From Desulfatiglandales bacterium (GTDB taxonomy: Bacteria > Desulfobacterota > DSM-4660 > Desulfatiglandales > Desulfatiglandaceae): 64,000 nt of DNA. The stretch spans positions 352,001 through 416,000 of the forward strand of contig OY759599.1 in assembly GCA_963662465.1 (NCBI GenBank), given 5' to 3'. This document shows, piece by piece, positions 31,966-41,810 of this stretch. The position numbers were made by a program, and so were the translations under genes. The stretch's first letter is position 1; every line of letters begins with the position of its first letter. The notes below the pieces were generated by a model, which was not told where the DNA came from, ran no database searches, and saw only the letters and a list, made by a program, of their open reading frames with translations.

Positions 31966-33524
31966 TGCCATCCCAGGGCCTTCAGCGCTTTGTAGGCATG
32001 CCATTGGCTGTACCAGTGTTCAGAGGTCTTGATTCGTTTCAGTATTTCCGCCAGAGCTTTTTGCTCTCCTCTCCGACCCAACGCGGAAAATGCCCTGGAT
32101 GCCACAAGAGGGGAGGGGTCATCGAGAAGCCTCACCAGATCTGTGCGGGTTTCATCGCCCTGCGCAACGCCCAATGCCTTGGCCAGCCAGTAACGTTCCG
32201 GGATGTAAGGGCTTTTCAGTATGCGTGGGTACGCTTCGAAGCTGGATGCATCCAGGCGTTTTTCTCGAAGCATTTTCAACGTCGCCAACCGTTCCCGTCG
32301 GTTGCCGGACATGAGTGTTTCCCCCAGGTTTTCATGGTCGATGGTTTGCACCTTGCCCTGCCACAGGCAAATGAGCAGGGCAAGACCCGCTGAACAACAG
32401 ATCCCGGCGGATGCCGCCGCAGCAATTTTCGGTGAAATCCATGTGCCGAGCCATAAGAATAAAAGCCAGTAGAGAAAGCTATAGAGGCTCACGGGAAATC
32501 CGATTAGGAGCGACCAAAAGGTGAATTGACGAAAAAAGCGGTGTTTGTCCGTCGCCGACGAAAACGCCTTCAGAAATCGGGTTGGGTGGGTCTGGAATTC
32601 ATTCCTGGGGATTCTCAGGACCACCCCGTTTCCATTGTCCATTAACAGCTCGTCACCTGCATTGATTAAAATCAGGTCCACATCTTTTTTCTCTCCCATG
32701 TCGAGCCAGTCGTGGGCGAGCAGGATTTTATGCAGGCGTTTTTTGAATGGACCGCCCTCAAAAGCTTTAAGGGCGCAGGTCTTCTGAAGTTTCTGATCCA
32801 GCGTTTTGAGGATTTCGGCTGGATAGAGGGTGTATTGGTAATAAAAGTTGACGATCTTTTCGCCCAGGGGGTTGGAAAGTAGAATGTGGTCCCGGATGTT
32901 TAGAAACAGATGACTTTTCGCTTGTGGCGCCCACAGCATCGCTAACAGAATCACCGGTAGGAGGTGGGGCATTCCCCAATGCCGGGGTTGCTTTCCGGTT
33001 TTGGATGGCATCCAGCTGATGGCGGCCCTGAACGTCACCGGGGGGATTACGACAAAATAGAGGGTGGCGAACGGTTCAAATCCTTTCCAGTTGAGTACCG
33101 ATAGAATCCCTCCCCATAAGAAGAGAAGTGTAAGGAGGAAAATGGTGTTTCGGGAAAAAACACGTTCCCAGAGCCATGCCGCGGCCAGGGAGAGGAGGGA
33201 GATGCCCGCGCCTGTGCTCAAGGTGAAAAAAAGTCCTCCATAAACGGCGGTGGAGAAGTCTTGAAGACGGGCCATGATTTTCTGATTGGGAACCGGCAGA
33301 TATCCCCCCCCGTGAATGGCGGTAAGGGCATTGTAAAGCGACTGGTTGGCGTCATAGACCTGAAGGGAGGCGATGATCTGTGCTGCCGCGAGACCCGCAA
33401 GCATCGCAACGGCGGGCCGGCAATGGGCGCGCCATTGGGAAGCGATCGGGGAAGCGTTCTGGTAGCGAATCAATTGTTTCATAGGGAACGTACACAAATA
33501 CAAAGCATTTTTTCTTTTTAGCAT
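31944..33524 (-). CDS. Membrane protein with C-terminal HEAT repeats
   Basis: Multiple TM segments; RYWLAKALG, LLDDPSPLVASRAFSALG. Confidence 0.75.
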   Translation of the reverse strand: MLKRKNALYLCTFPMKQLIRYQNASPIASQWRAHCRPAVAMLAGLAAAQIIASLQVYDANQSLYNALTAIHGGGYLPVPNQKIMARLQDFSTAVYGGLFFTLSTGAGISLLSLAAAWLWERVFSRNTIFLLTLLFLWGGILSVLNWKGFEPFATLYFVVIPPVTFRAAISWMPSKTGKQPRHWGMPHLLPVILLAMLWAPQAKSHLFLNIRDHILLSNPLGEKIVNFYYQYTLYPAEILKTLDQKLQKTCALKAFEGGPFKKRLHKILLAHDWLDMGEKKDVDLILINAGDELLMDNGNGVVLRIPRNEFQTHPTRFLKAFSSATDKHRFFRQFTFWSLLIGFPVSLYSFLYWLLFLWLGTWISPKIAAAASAGICCSAGLALLICLWQGKVQTIDHENLGETLMSGNRRERLATLKMLREKRLDASSFEAYPRILKSPYIPERYWLAKALGVAQGDETRTDLVRLLDDPSPLVASRAFSALGRRGEQKALAEILKRIKTSEHWYSQWHAYKALKALGWHQTDADP

Positions 33525-33555
33525 TTTTTTCAGACCTGTTGGTTAAAATTTTTCC

Positions 33556-36108
33556 ATGCAAAATATCTGTTCTTCAATGAAACCCTTTGGCCTGCCCATT
33601 GATGCGGTCCTGGAGGATTTGAAAAGGGTGCTTGCCGAAAACCCCTGTGGGGTGCTTGAGGCCCTGCCGGGAGCCGGTAAGACCACCTGTGTTCCGCTTG
33701 CACTACGGAATGCGCCATGGCTTAAAGGTAAAAAAATGCTTGTGTTGGCCCCCCGGCGGTTGGCGGCGCGGGCCGCGGCCATGCGTATGAGCCATCTGTT
33801 GAAGGAAGCGGTGGGTCGGACGGTGGGCTACCGGGTTCGAATGGACAGCCGTGTCAGCGCTGAAACCCGCATTGAAGTGGTCACGGAAGGGGTGCTTACG
33901 CGAATGCTGCAAACTGATCCATCCCTGGAAAGGGTGGGATTGGTGATCTTTGATGAGTTTCATGAGCGCAGCCTGGATGCGGACCTGGGGTTGGTCCTGT
34001 GTCTGGACATGCAGGGGGTCCTGAACTGGGATTTAAGGCTCTTGATCATGTCCGCCACCATGGAAAAAGGTCCCGTGGCGGCCCTGTTGAACCATGCGCC
34101 GGTAATCACCTGTCCCGGATGTCTGTTTCCCGTTGAAACCCGGTATGTGGGTGAGCATACGCCAATCTGGTCCGAGGATGCCCTTTTCCGAGCGGTGCTT
34201 TCCGCTGTGCGCGAGGAAGCCGGCAGTATCCTGGTCTTTTTGCCGGGCGCCGGGGAGATTCGAAAGATGGCCCGGCGATTGACCGTAGCCCGGCTGGGAC
34301 CGGAATGGGTCATTTCTCCGCTGTTCGGCAATTTGAGTCGCGGGGATCAGGACCAGGCCATTTTGCCCCCGTCCAAGGGGAGGCGGAAAATCGTGTTGGC
34401 CACATCCATTGCCGAAACCAGTTTGACCATCGAGGGCATTCGGGTGGTGGTGGACAGCGGCCTTCAGCGGTCCCCGCGTTTCGACCCTCGAAGCGGCCTC
34501 ACCCGATTGGCGACACTTCCCGTATCCCGTGCATCGGCTGATCAGCGGCGAGGCCGCGCGGGCCGAACCGGTCCCGGCGTCTGCCTGCGCCTGTGGTCCT
34601 ATGAGATGCACGGGACATTGCCCGCGGCGCACCGGCCGGAAATTCTCGATGCCGATCTGGCGGGTCTGGCCCTGGATTTGGCCACATGGGGCGTAGATGA
34701 CCCCAAGACCCTTCATTGGCTCGATGTGCCTCCCAGAGGGGCATTTCATGGGGCCTGCGATCTGCTTCGGGAATTGGATGCCCTGGATCAGCATGGCAGG
34801 GTGACCGATCATGGCCGACGGATGGCTGATCTGCCGGTGCATCCGAGACTGGCGCATATGTTGATTGCCGCCGAATCCATAGGGCAGGGGAGGCTGGCCT
34901 GCGACGTGGCGGCGCTCCTGGGTGAACGAGATGTGGTGCGGTTTGAACCGGGTCGGCAGGATGCGGATATGGGGCTTCGGGTGGATCTCATGCGTGCCGC
35001 ACGCCAAAAAAAAACCTTTGTTGTTTCGTGGGGGACTGTAGATCAGGGCGCCGTGGGCCGCGCGATTCGCGTTTCGGATCATTTGCGTCGACGCCTCGGC
35101 GTTAAAGGCGGAAAGGGTGGTGCGGATGCCCTGGGGCGGTTATTGGCGTGGGCCTATCCGGATCGAATTGCCCAGCTTCGACCGGGTTTCAGGGGGCGAT
35201 TTTTGCTCGCCGGCGGTCGCGGGGCCTTTCTCGATTCAAATTCCCCCCTTGCCGGCGAGCCATTTTTGGTGGCGGCGGAGCTGGATGGGAAAGGTCGGGA
35301 GGCCGGAATTTATAAAGCCGCGCCCTACCGTCTGGATACCCTTATGAAACAGTTTGAAAACCGGGTTCAGTGGTCGGAATCCGTTTCGTGGAATCCGGAC
35401 CGAGGCTGCGTAAAAGCTCTGCGGAATCTGAAGCTGGGCGCCATCGTCCTGAGCAGTGAGCCCCTGCCCAATCCAGATTCCGAGCAGGTTCTAAAGGTAT
35501 TGCTTTGTGGTATTGCACAGCAGGGAATTCAGTGTCTGCCCTGGAACAAAACCCTCCGCCGATGGCAGGGGCGGGTGTGTTTTTTGCGGCGATTTCTAAC
35601 GGAAGATGAATCCTGGCCCGATGTCTCCGATGAGGGGCTTCTATTGAACCTGAATGACTGGCTGGCGCCCTATCTGGTCAAAATGGACCGAGTGAGCCAC
35701 CTGGTTCGGGTGGACCTCAAGGGGGCTCTTTTCAGCATGCTTACCTACCAACAGCACAAAGCCCTTGATGCACTGGCGCCCACCCATCTGGCGGTTCCCA
35801 GTGGTTCGCGGATTCCCATCGACTATGGAAATCCCGTGCCCGTGCTGGCCGTGCGGTTGCAGGAGATGTTCGGTCTTTCACAGACACCCGCCGTGGTCGG
35901 AGGGCGTCAGCCATTGTTGATTCACCTGCTTTCACCGGCCGGTCGCCCGGTACAGATCACCCAGGATCTGGCGGGTTTCTGGAAGACGGGCTATCTTCAG
36001 GTGAAAAAAGAACTCAAGGGCCGATACCCCAAACACTATTGGCCCGATGACCCGCTTAAGGCGAAAGCCACGGCGCGGGTTAGGCCATCTTTTCCCATTC
36101 AAAGGTGA
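33556..36108 (+). CDS. hrpB: ATP-dependent helicase HrpB
   Basis: PGAGKTT, DEFHER, MSAT, ATSIAETSLTIEG, QRRGRAGR, C-terminal ELKGRYPKHYWPDDP. Confidence 0.97.
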   Translation: MQNICSSMKPFGLPIDAVLEDLKRVLAENPCGVLEALPGAGKTTCVPLALRNAPWLKGKKMLVLAPRRLAARAAAMRMSHLLKEAVGRTVGYRVRMDSRVSAETRIEVVTEGVLTRMLQTDPSLERVGLVIFDEFHERSLDADLGLVLCLDMQGVLNWDLRLLIMSATMEKGPVAALLNHAPVITCPGCLFPVETRYVGEHTPIWSEDALFRAVLSAVREEAGSILVFLPGAGEIRKMARRLTVARLGPEWVISPLFGNLSRGDQDQAILPPSKGRRKIVLATSIAETSLTIEGIRVVVDSGLQRSPRFDPRSGLTRLATLPVSRASADQRRGRAGRTGPGVCLRLWSYEMHGTLPAAHRPEILDADLAGLALDLATWGVDDPKTLHWLDVPPRGAFHGACDLLRELDALDQHGRVTDHGRRMADLPVHPRLAHMLIAAESIGQGRLACDVAALLGERDVVRFEPGRQDADMGLRVDLMRAARQKKTFVVSWGTVDQGAVGRAIRVSDHLRRRLGVKGGKGGADALGRLLAWAYPDRIAQLRPGFRGRFLLAGGRGAFLDSNSPLAGEPFLVAAELDGKGREAGIYKAAPYRLDTLMKQFENRVQWSESVSWNPDRGCVKALRNLKLGAIVLSSEPLPNPDSEQVLKVLLCGIAQQGIQCLPWNKTLRRWQGRVCFLRRFLTEDESWPDVSDEGLLLNLNDWLAPYLVKMDRVSHLVRVDLKGALFSMLTYQQHKALDALAPTHLAVPSGSRIPIDYGNPVPVLAVRLQEMFGLSQTPAVVGGRQPLLIHLLSPAGRPVQITQDLAGFWKTGYLQVKKELKGRYPKHYWPDDPLKAKATARVRPSFPIQR

Positions 36109-36265
36109 CTATGTTTCGTTCCCGGCTGCTGAATTCGATCCCGATTTCAGGGTACTCAGAAAGAGGTTTTTGCCAAAGCGGCGCGGGCGTGAGAGGAAAT
36201 AATACTTGCCTTTTGCTGTGAGGTGATGGACAAAGGGGGTCTTATCCATGTATAGAGATTCTGTT

Positions 36266-37324
36266 CTACGCAGCGCACGCTTTTCTTGAGTGGTCCGGGA
36301 GGGGAGGGCTCCGGTTGAGAATCTTGACCCCGCTTCCCGGTCCTTCCGTCACCTCGATGTGGAACAATCCTGGATTTTCATCCGACCCTCCGGGAGACAG
36401 CGCCCATATTTGCCCGGCGGGAAGCGGGTCCGTGCCGATGCTGTTCTTACTGTGAAGTTCAGGGGTGAAAATAAATTGTTCTATACCATCCGGGATCATG
36501 GTAAAGCTGAAATGGGTGTTTCGGAATTCAGCAGCGCCGATGCGTTTTTGCTGCTCTTTTACCCGCCATGCGAGTTTTGCACCCTGTTCATGGCCATAAG
36601 TATCGAGAGAACCGAGCTCCGTCCAGGCACAACCCACTTGAGATCCCGTCTCTTCCGATTCCAGGACGGAAATCCCCAGCGCAACCAACAGCTGCTTAAA
36701 TCGGTTATGGTTAAGGGCCTTTCCACCGGCTTTTTCTCTGGATTCAAATTCGGCCCCTTTCAGTGGACCCCCCAGTTTTTCAGCCAGCGGCATAAAGGCT
36801 GGTTTGGCCGTCGCCGTGATGGTGGGCAGCGCCGACCATCCATGTCCGAACGTTACCGCCAGATTGGACAAAAGGAGCCTTTCTTCCAGCATCCGGGCCA
36901 CATCCAAACCCAGCCCGTCCGTTGGACTGGATAAAAATGCAAATGGCGTCCAACTCTTTCCATTTTTCTAGGTCCAGAACTGCCCCTGGAATTGCAGCGC
37001 AAACAAATGCCTGGCCCCATTCGGGCACTGTTCCGCATTGCGGAAAGTAGACCGCCTGATACCCGGCAGGTAGATTACCGGCACATGGTCTCCGCTTTGA
37101 GTCTCTAACTGGTATCTCAACCACGCCGCCGGACCCGTCGCTTTGTCGGGATCATAGTCTCCCAGCGACCACAAGACGGGATGGTTCGCCCGCAGCAGAT
37201 CCAGGCATTCGATCCACAGGCGTTCCTCGTCAGGCCACAGAATGACCCGTGGAGACGCCAGTTCATGCCGGCTATACGAAGCCGCTTTCCGAATCGATTG
37301 GAGCATGGATGCAATGATGGTCAT
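36266..37324 (-). pseudogene. Deleted BREX remnant: pglZ (type B) fragments joined to a brxL fragment
   Basis: PRVILWPDEER..GPAAWLR..YLPG; GWSALPTITATAKP; DPLPAGQIWAL..EVTEGPGSG. Confidence 0.7.
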
Positions 37325-37360
37325 AACAAGCTGTCCTTCAGTTTATTGTTTCTGGAAAAG

Positions 37361-37926
37361 GTTAAAACCCCCGCCTTTCAGGCGGGTAGCATTTTGCTAG
37401 CGGTTGGCTTATAATACTTGGCATGGAATACCGTCAAGGAAGCCACACTCGCTACAAGATTGAATATCATTTTGTTTGGGTAACCAAATACCGCTATCAC
37501 GTTTTGCAGGGTGATGTTGCCCTTAGAGTTCGGGAACTCGTGCGACAGACCTGCGAACGTTTCGAAATCCAGATAGTGCGTGGTGTGGTCAGCAAGGATC
37601 ACGTGCATATTCTCGTTTCGGCGCCACCAAATATTTCCCCTTCGGACATAATGCGAAGGGTGAAGGGAAGGGCGTCGCGAAAGATCTTTGAGGAATTCCC
37701 ACACCTGAAGAAACGATACTGGGGTAAGCATTTCTGGGCGCGGGGGTATTTCTGTGTCACATCTGGCGAGCTTACCAAGGACATGATTCAAGAGTATCTT
37801 GAGCACCATTTTGAAAAAGACCCAAACGATCGTTTCGATATCGAATAATTTACCGGCTAAAGCCGGTCTTGCTGGACTTTCAGTCCGCGCTTTTAAACCC
37901 ACCGTCTTCAAGACGGTGGTTGTTTA
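37361..37926 (+). mobile_element. IS200-type element
   Basis: Subterminal hairpins CCCGCCTTTCAGGCGGG and CCACCGTCTTCAAGACGGTGG flank tnpA; ends approximate. Confidence 0.85.
37423..37848 (+). CDS. tnpA: IS200/IS605 Y1 transposase
   Basis: YHFVWVTKYR, DHVH, FWARGYF. Confidence 0.95.
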   Translation: MEYRQGSHTRYKIEYHFVWVTKYRYHVLQGDVALRVRELVRQTCERFEIQIVRGVVSKDHVHILVSAPPNISPSDIMRRVKGRASRKIFEEFPHLKKRYWGKHFWARGYFCVTSGELTKDMIQEYLEHHFEKDPNDRFDIE

Positions 37927-38339
37927 GTCTCTCTTCCCAGAAGGGTTTCCATCCGTGCGATAAAACCGGTGCACTGTTCGAGGTAGGAATTGACCTCCTC
38001 TGGCTGAAATACCCGGAGAGGCTGATAATCACCTTCATGTCGGCTGTCGAAGATCCTGTTGTAAAATTTGCCCCACTCAGGTTCCACTATCCCTTCTCTG
38101 ATAAGATCCTTATGCAAAGCGGCCTTTACCCCGGTATGCTTCTTGAAAGATCGGCCGTCTTTCAATAACAAGGCCGTAAGCGCGTAGAAAGAGGCATAGT
38201 AGAGATTTCTAACGGCGGTCGTAAGTCTCCCTGATTCATATTCACTTCGCCCGGCCGCCAGCGATTCATGGGCCTTTTCCATCCAGTAAGACACAAGGAT
38301 GGATTTGTGATCCGGCTGACCGGAGTCCTTCGCTGTCAT
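37908..38339 (-). CDS. HEPN-domain protein
   Basis: LYYASFY...KKHTGV...RHEGDY. Confidence 0.88.
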   Translation of the reverse strand: MTAKDSGQPDHKSILVSYWMEKAHESLAAGRSEYESGRLTTAVRNLYYASFYALTALLLKDGRSFKKHTGVKAALHKDLIREGIVEPEWGKFYNRIFDSRHEGDYQPLRVFQPEEVNSYLEQCTGFIARMETLLGRETKQPPS

Positions 38340-38848
38340 CGCATCGCCACCCCCTCCCTGGTGATTTCATCATGGATCGGGAGGGCGGTACAGATCCCCT
38401 CATTCCAGTCCTGAAGCGTATTGACGATGATGCTGATCACCACATCATGTTTCATCTCCACCTCAAAAAGAGCATCGACGATTGTATGTCGCTCCTTCCA
38501 ATGAAGCGGTTTTTCGGTCAACAGGAGCAAATCAATATCCGATTCCCGGTCGCTGTCGCCTCTCGCCTTTGAACCGAAAAGGATAACTTCTTTGACGGGA
38601 AAACGTGTTTTAAGAATTCGCGTCGCTTCTCTGATGGCCGCCGCTTCGTTCTCCTTTAGCTGCAATTCCTCAGAAGCTCTCAAGCCAATCACCTCCTCAC
38701 AGTCGTTGTTAAACATGGATATACAGGATAAGCGGGATAAAAACAAATTCTGTCCATTCCTTGCATCCATGTTAATGTCATCCTTCCGTGATTTCACGGC
38801 GTTTTTCCTGAAGGAAACTTTCCAGTTCCTGCTTGCTGGGCAATTCAA
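38336..38848 (-). CDS. Minimal nucleotidyltransferase (MNT), partner of HEPN; real start probably near 38690
   Basis: LFGSKARGD..ESDIDLL. Confidence 0.85.
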   Translation of the reverse strand: MNCPASRNWKVSFRKNAVKSRKDDINMDARNGQNLFLSRLSCISMFNNDCEEVIGLRASEELQLKENEAAAIREATRILKTRFPVKEVILFGSKARGDSDRESDIDLLLLTEKPLHWKERHTIVDALFEVEMKHDVVISIIVNTLQDWNEGICTALPIHDEITREGVAMR

Positions 38849-39485
38849 GCTGGTATTTTGAAACGAAAAGACGATTGTCCACGTTCGTGGATAGGCCGGA
38901 TCGTTCGTAATAGAGCGTGGCGATCTGTCTTTTCAACGCCCGGACGGACCAGTTGCCTCGAATGCATTCGATCTCGTAAAAGGCCCGCTTGAGGGGGTCC
39001 TCAATGGCAAGGAGTTCAACAAGGTGCGTGAAGGAAAGCCGCTGGACCAACGTCGACGAATCTGCTCCAAATTTGGAAATCATTGATTTCCGAGTTTTCA
39101 GTACTTCACCGGATGGTTTTAAAATTCCTGGCAGAAGGCCAATGCTCGATTTGGAAATCACTGATTTCCGAATTGACGGATAGACATCAAAAAGCTGACG
39201 GCATAATCCAAGGTAGCGTCCGGTATAACATCGGTCCAAACATGCTTGCAGAGATTCCGAAAGCCTTTGAAGCAGCCGTGCTCCGTATTGCGCGCGGTCG
39301 GACCCAGCTTGTTCGTATTCTCGGATATACCCGCCGATGAGCCAGTTGCGAATCGTGAGCGTGGTGTTGACCGTGCGGTTGACCGCAGCGGCGCACTCGC
39401 TGTGCACTCGTCGCACGGCCTCCACCAGGTCGGTGAAGTCTTTTGCTGGTTTGTCGGTCATGACGAAGGCTCCTTTAATGAACAT
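38778..39485 (-). pseudogene. YhcG/DUF1016-family gene with internal deletion
   Basis: NWLIG.YI.EYEQ.G.DRAQYG, LSFTH, FYEIEC..NWSVR jump directly to the C-terminal FVSKYQLELP; nuclease domain missing. Confidence 0.75.
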
Positions 39486-39606
39486 GGATATACAGGATGA
39501 ACAGGATAAAATCTAGCCAAAGATATTTGAAATTTTCACTGTGCCCGAAACCTTTTTTATTATCAAATAGTTCCCAACATTCTGAGAGATATTCTCTCAC
39601 ATAAAA

Positions 39607-39947
39607 TGCGTAAGAATCTACAATACTCCCGGCTTGTTTTAGTGAAAGCAGTCTTTTTGCACAAGCCAGTGATAGCGAAACCTGTAATTGGGACCGCTTG
39701 GCGGCAACGAGAGCCGCGAATGCTAAGTCGAGCAACCGCTCTCCACGAAGCCCGGCAAGGAAACCGACAAACATGGCATAGGCAGCAGAAACAGGACGAG
39801 GCTCAGGAAATTGCCGGGTCTTCTTCCTTTTGCCCGGAAAATGTCCAGGTGGTGTCCACATTTTGAGCCATGGATTTCTTCATGGCCCTGATTCCATAGA
39901 ACGCGGAACAAGGCTTTGGTGGGGTCCATGCTATAAAGTTCCACCAA
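39607..39947 (-). pseudogene. Probable brxA remnant
   Basis: AYAMFVGFLAGLRG..L...LLSLKQAGSIVD resembles the BrxA C-terminus; upstream of pglZ debris on the same strand. Confidence 0.45.
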
Positions 39948-40080
39948 ATGGTGAAGGCTCTTCTTGCGACTGCTAACGGATGCGCCCTGCTTTAAATTCA
40001 GCGTACAGTTTTTCTCTTTGCTCGTGTTTGGTTTTCCCCGTAATCAACGGATAGCCCAATGTTTTTGAAATCTCTTCCAA

Positions 40081-41040
40081 TTATGAAATATATTGTTCGA
40101 TGATCAAGATGTTGTCATCGGGATGATTGGCGATCAAATCCCCGGCAAGTTCGATTTTCAAAGGGTTTTCGACCGCGATGCGGTATCGCTGTCGTTTGGG
40201 GGCGCCGGCATAGCGGATTTCTTCCTTTCGAGGGAGCGGTATCCGGTATTCGGTGCAAATGGCTTCGGCGATGAATCCACGGTTTTCGAGGGTTTTCCAT
40301 GGCACATCGTAGCGTTTGGGACCGATCAGCGCAAATACGTCATCTTCCTTGCCGTCCTCTCGGACCAGGGTTGCGGTCAGACCCAACCGCCGTTTGGCTT
40401 GAATCGTCGTCGTGGCGCGGAACACCGGCGCCGGCAGCATGTGTACCTCGTCGTAAATGATCAACCCCCAGTTGTTGTGGGTAAAGATTTCCAGGTTTTT
40501 CATGGGCTCCAATTTATTCCGGCGATGGGTCAGCATTTGATAGGTGGTAATGGTGACCGGCTTGATCATTTTTAACTGACCGGTATATTCTCCAATGGAT
40601 TCGGGCGTCAGGGTTGTTTTGGATAACAACTCGTCTCGCCATTGATGCACGGAGACGTTGTTGGTGGCGATGATGAGGGTATGGCCTGAAATCCCGGCGG
40701 TGGTCCCGATGCCGATAATGGTTTTTCCGGACCCGCAGGGGAGTAAAATGATACCGCTGCCCCCCGTGGAACGGCCCCTTTGATAGAATGTATCGACGGC
40801 ATCCCTCTGGTAGTCCCGCAACGCAAATGCGTTGCCGTCCGTGTCAACATTTCGCAGGGCAATATCCAGATGGGCGCCCTCGACATAACCGCAAACATCC
40901 TTTACCGGATAGCCTGCCTTGATCAGCGCTTGTTTCACATTGCCCCGGTCGCCGGCATCGATCAGCCATCCGTCTTCGGCGGGTGTCGCCCAGAAGTGTT
41001 CTAATTCGGTGTTTTGCCCGATTCGATTGCTCAGATTCAA
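40081..41040 (-). pseudogene. XPB/Rad25-like helicase, truncated at both ends
   Basis: LRDYQ, LPCGSGKT, DEVH, LGLTATLVREDG; stops before the later helicase motifs. Confidence 0.85.
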
Positions 41041-41233
41041 ATAGTGTAACGTTTGACCCCCAAATAACTGGCAAAATAGTGTAACGCTCATCCTCCGATA
41101 ACCCCGCCGCATTACCCCGCCGCATTATCCCGCCCAAAAAAAAGTAAAAGTTACCCCGCTTACCCCGCCGCTTTTAAAACAAAACCCGATTCAGTCTATA
41201 GTCTCTGGGTAAACCTGAACTCTGGAGACTGAA

Positions 41234-41596
41234 ATGGCTAAACATTCACTTGGCAAAAGGCCCTGTTCTATCTGCCGACAGTGGTTCCAGCCAGATGTAC
41301 ATCAGAAGGGCCGGCAGAAAACCTGCGGCAACCCCGACTGCAAGAGAGAACAGCATCGCAGGCAATGTGAAAAATGGAATAGAAGTAGAAAGAACAGGGA
41401 CTATTTCAAAACCAACTATCTTGACAAGAAAATTGAAGCTGTTCAAGAAGCGTTGCCGGATAAGCCACCCATTGCAAATAACCGGCATCCCCCCATTTTG
41501 CCCCATGAAATCATCATCAATGAATATGGTGCAAAACATTTGGTCATACTCAGATATTTGATTTTTCTTGTCATTCAGGAATGCCGAGTCCTGTGA
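41234..41596 (+). CDS. Zinc-finger hypothetical protein
   Basis: CSICRQWF...QKTCGNPDC. Confidence 0.7.
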   Translation: MAKHSLGKRPCSICRQWFQPDVHQKGRQKTCGNPDCKREQHRRQCEKWNRSRKNRDYFKTNYLDKKIEAVQEALPDKPPIANNRHPPILPHEIIINEYGAKHLVILRYLIFLVIQECRVL

Positions 41597-41641
41597 CCGG
41601 AGGTTCCCTGAAATCTGCGCATATCCACTCCAGCCAACCGC

Positions 41642-41810
41642 GACTAATCCCCAGACATGTTTAAGACGCATTGTTGAGTTAAGCAACTGAAATATATGTG
41701 AATACTCACCGACTAATCAAGTATTGAGTTTAAGACGCATTACAGCCATAACCCAATGAAAATAATGGAAATATCCACGGACTAATCGGATTTAGTGTTT
41801 AAGAGGCAAT
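41642..41810 (+). repeat. Three repeats GACTAATC-N9-GTTTAAGA(C/G)GCA(T/A)T with exact 69-bp period
   Basis: Starts at 41642, 41711 and 41780. Confidence 0.85.

Noticed and set aside
34033..35082. 349-aa minus-strand ORF
   Set aside because: Shadow of hrpB in GC-rich sequence
38711..39510. AACATGGATATACAGGAT repeats (38712, 39481; similar at about 61510)
   Set aside because: Short low-complexity dispersed motifs with no array structure or assignable function
41642..41810. CRISPR array
   Set aside because: Only three units, a variable core within the repeat, no palindrome and no cas genes in the window
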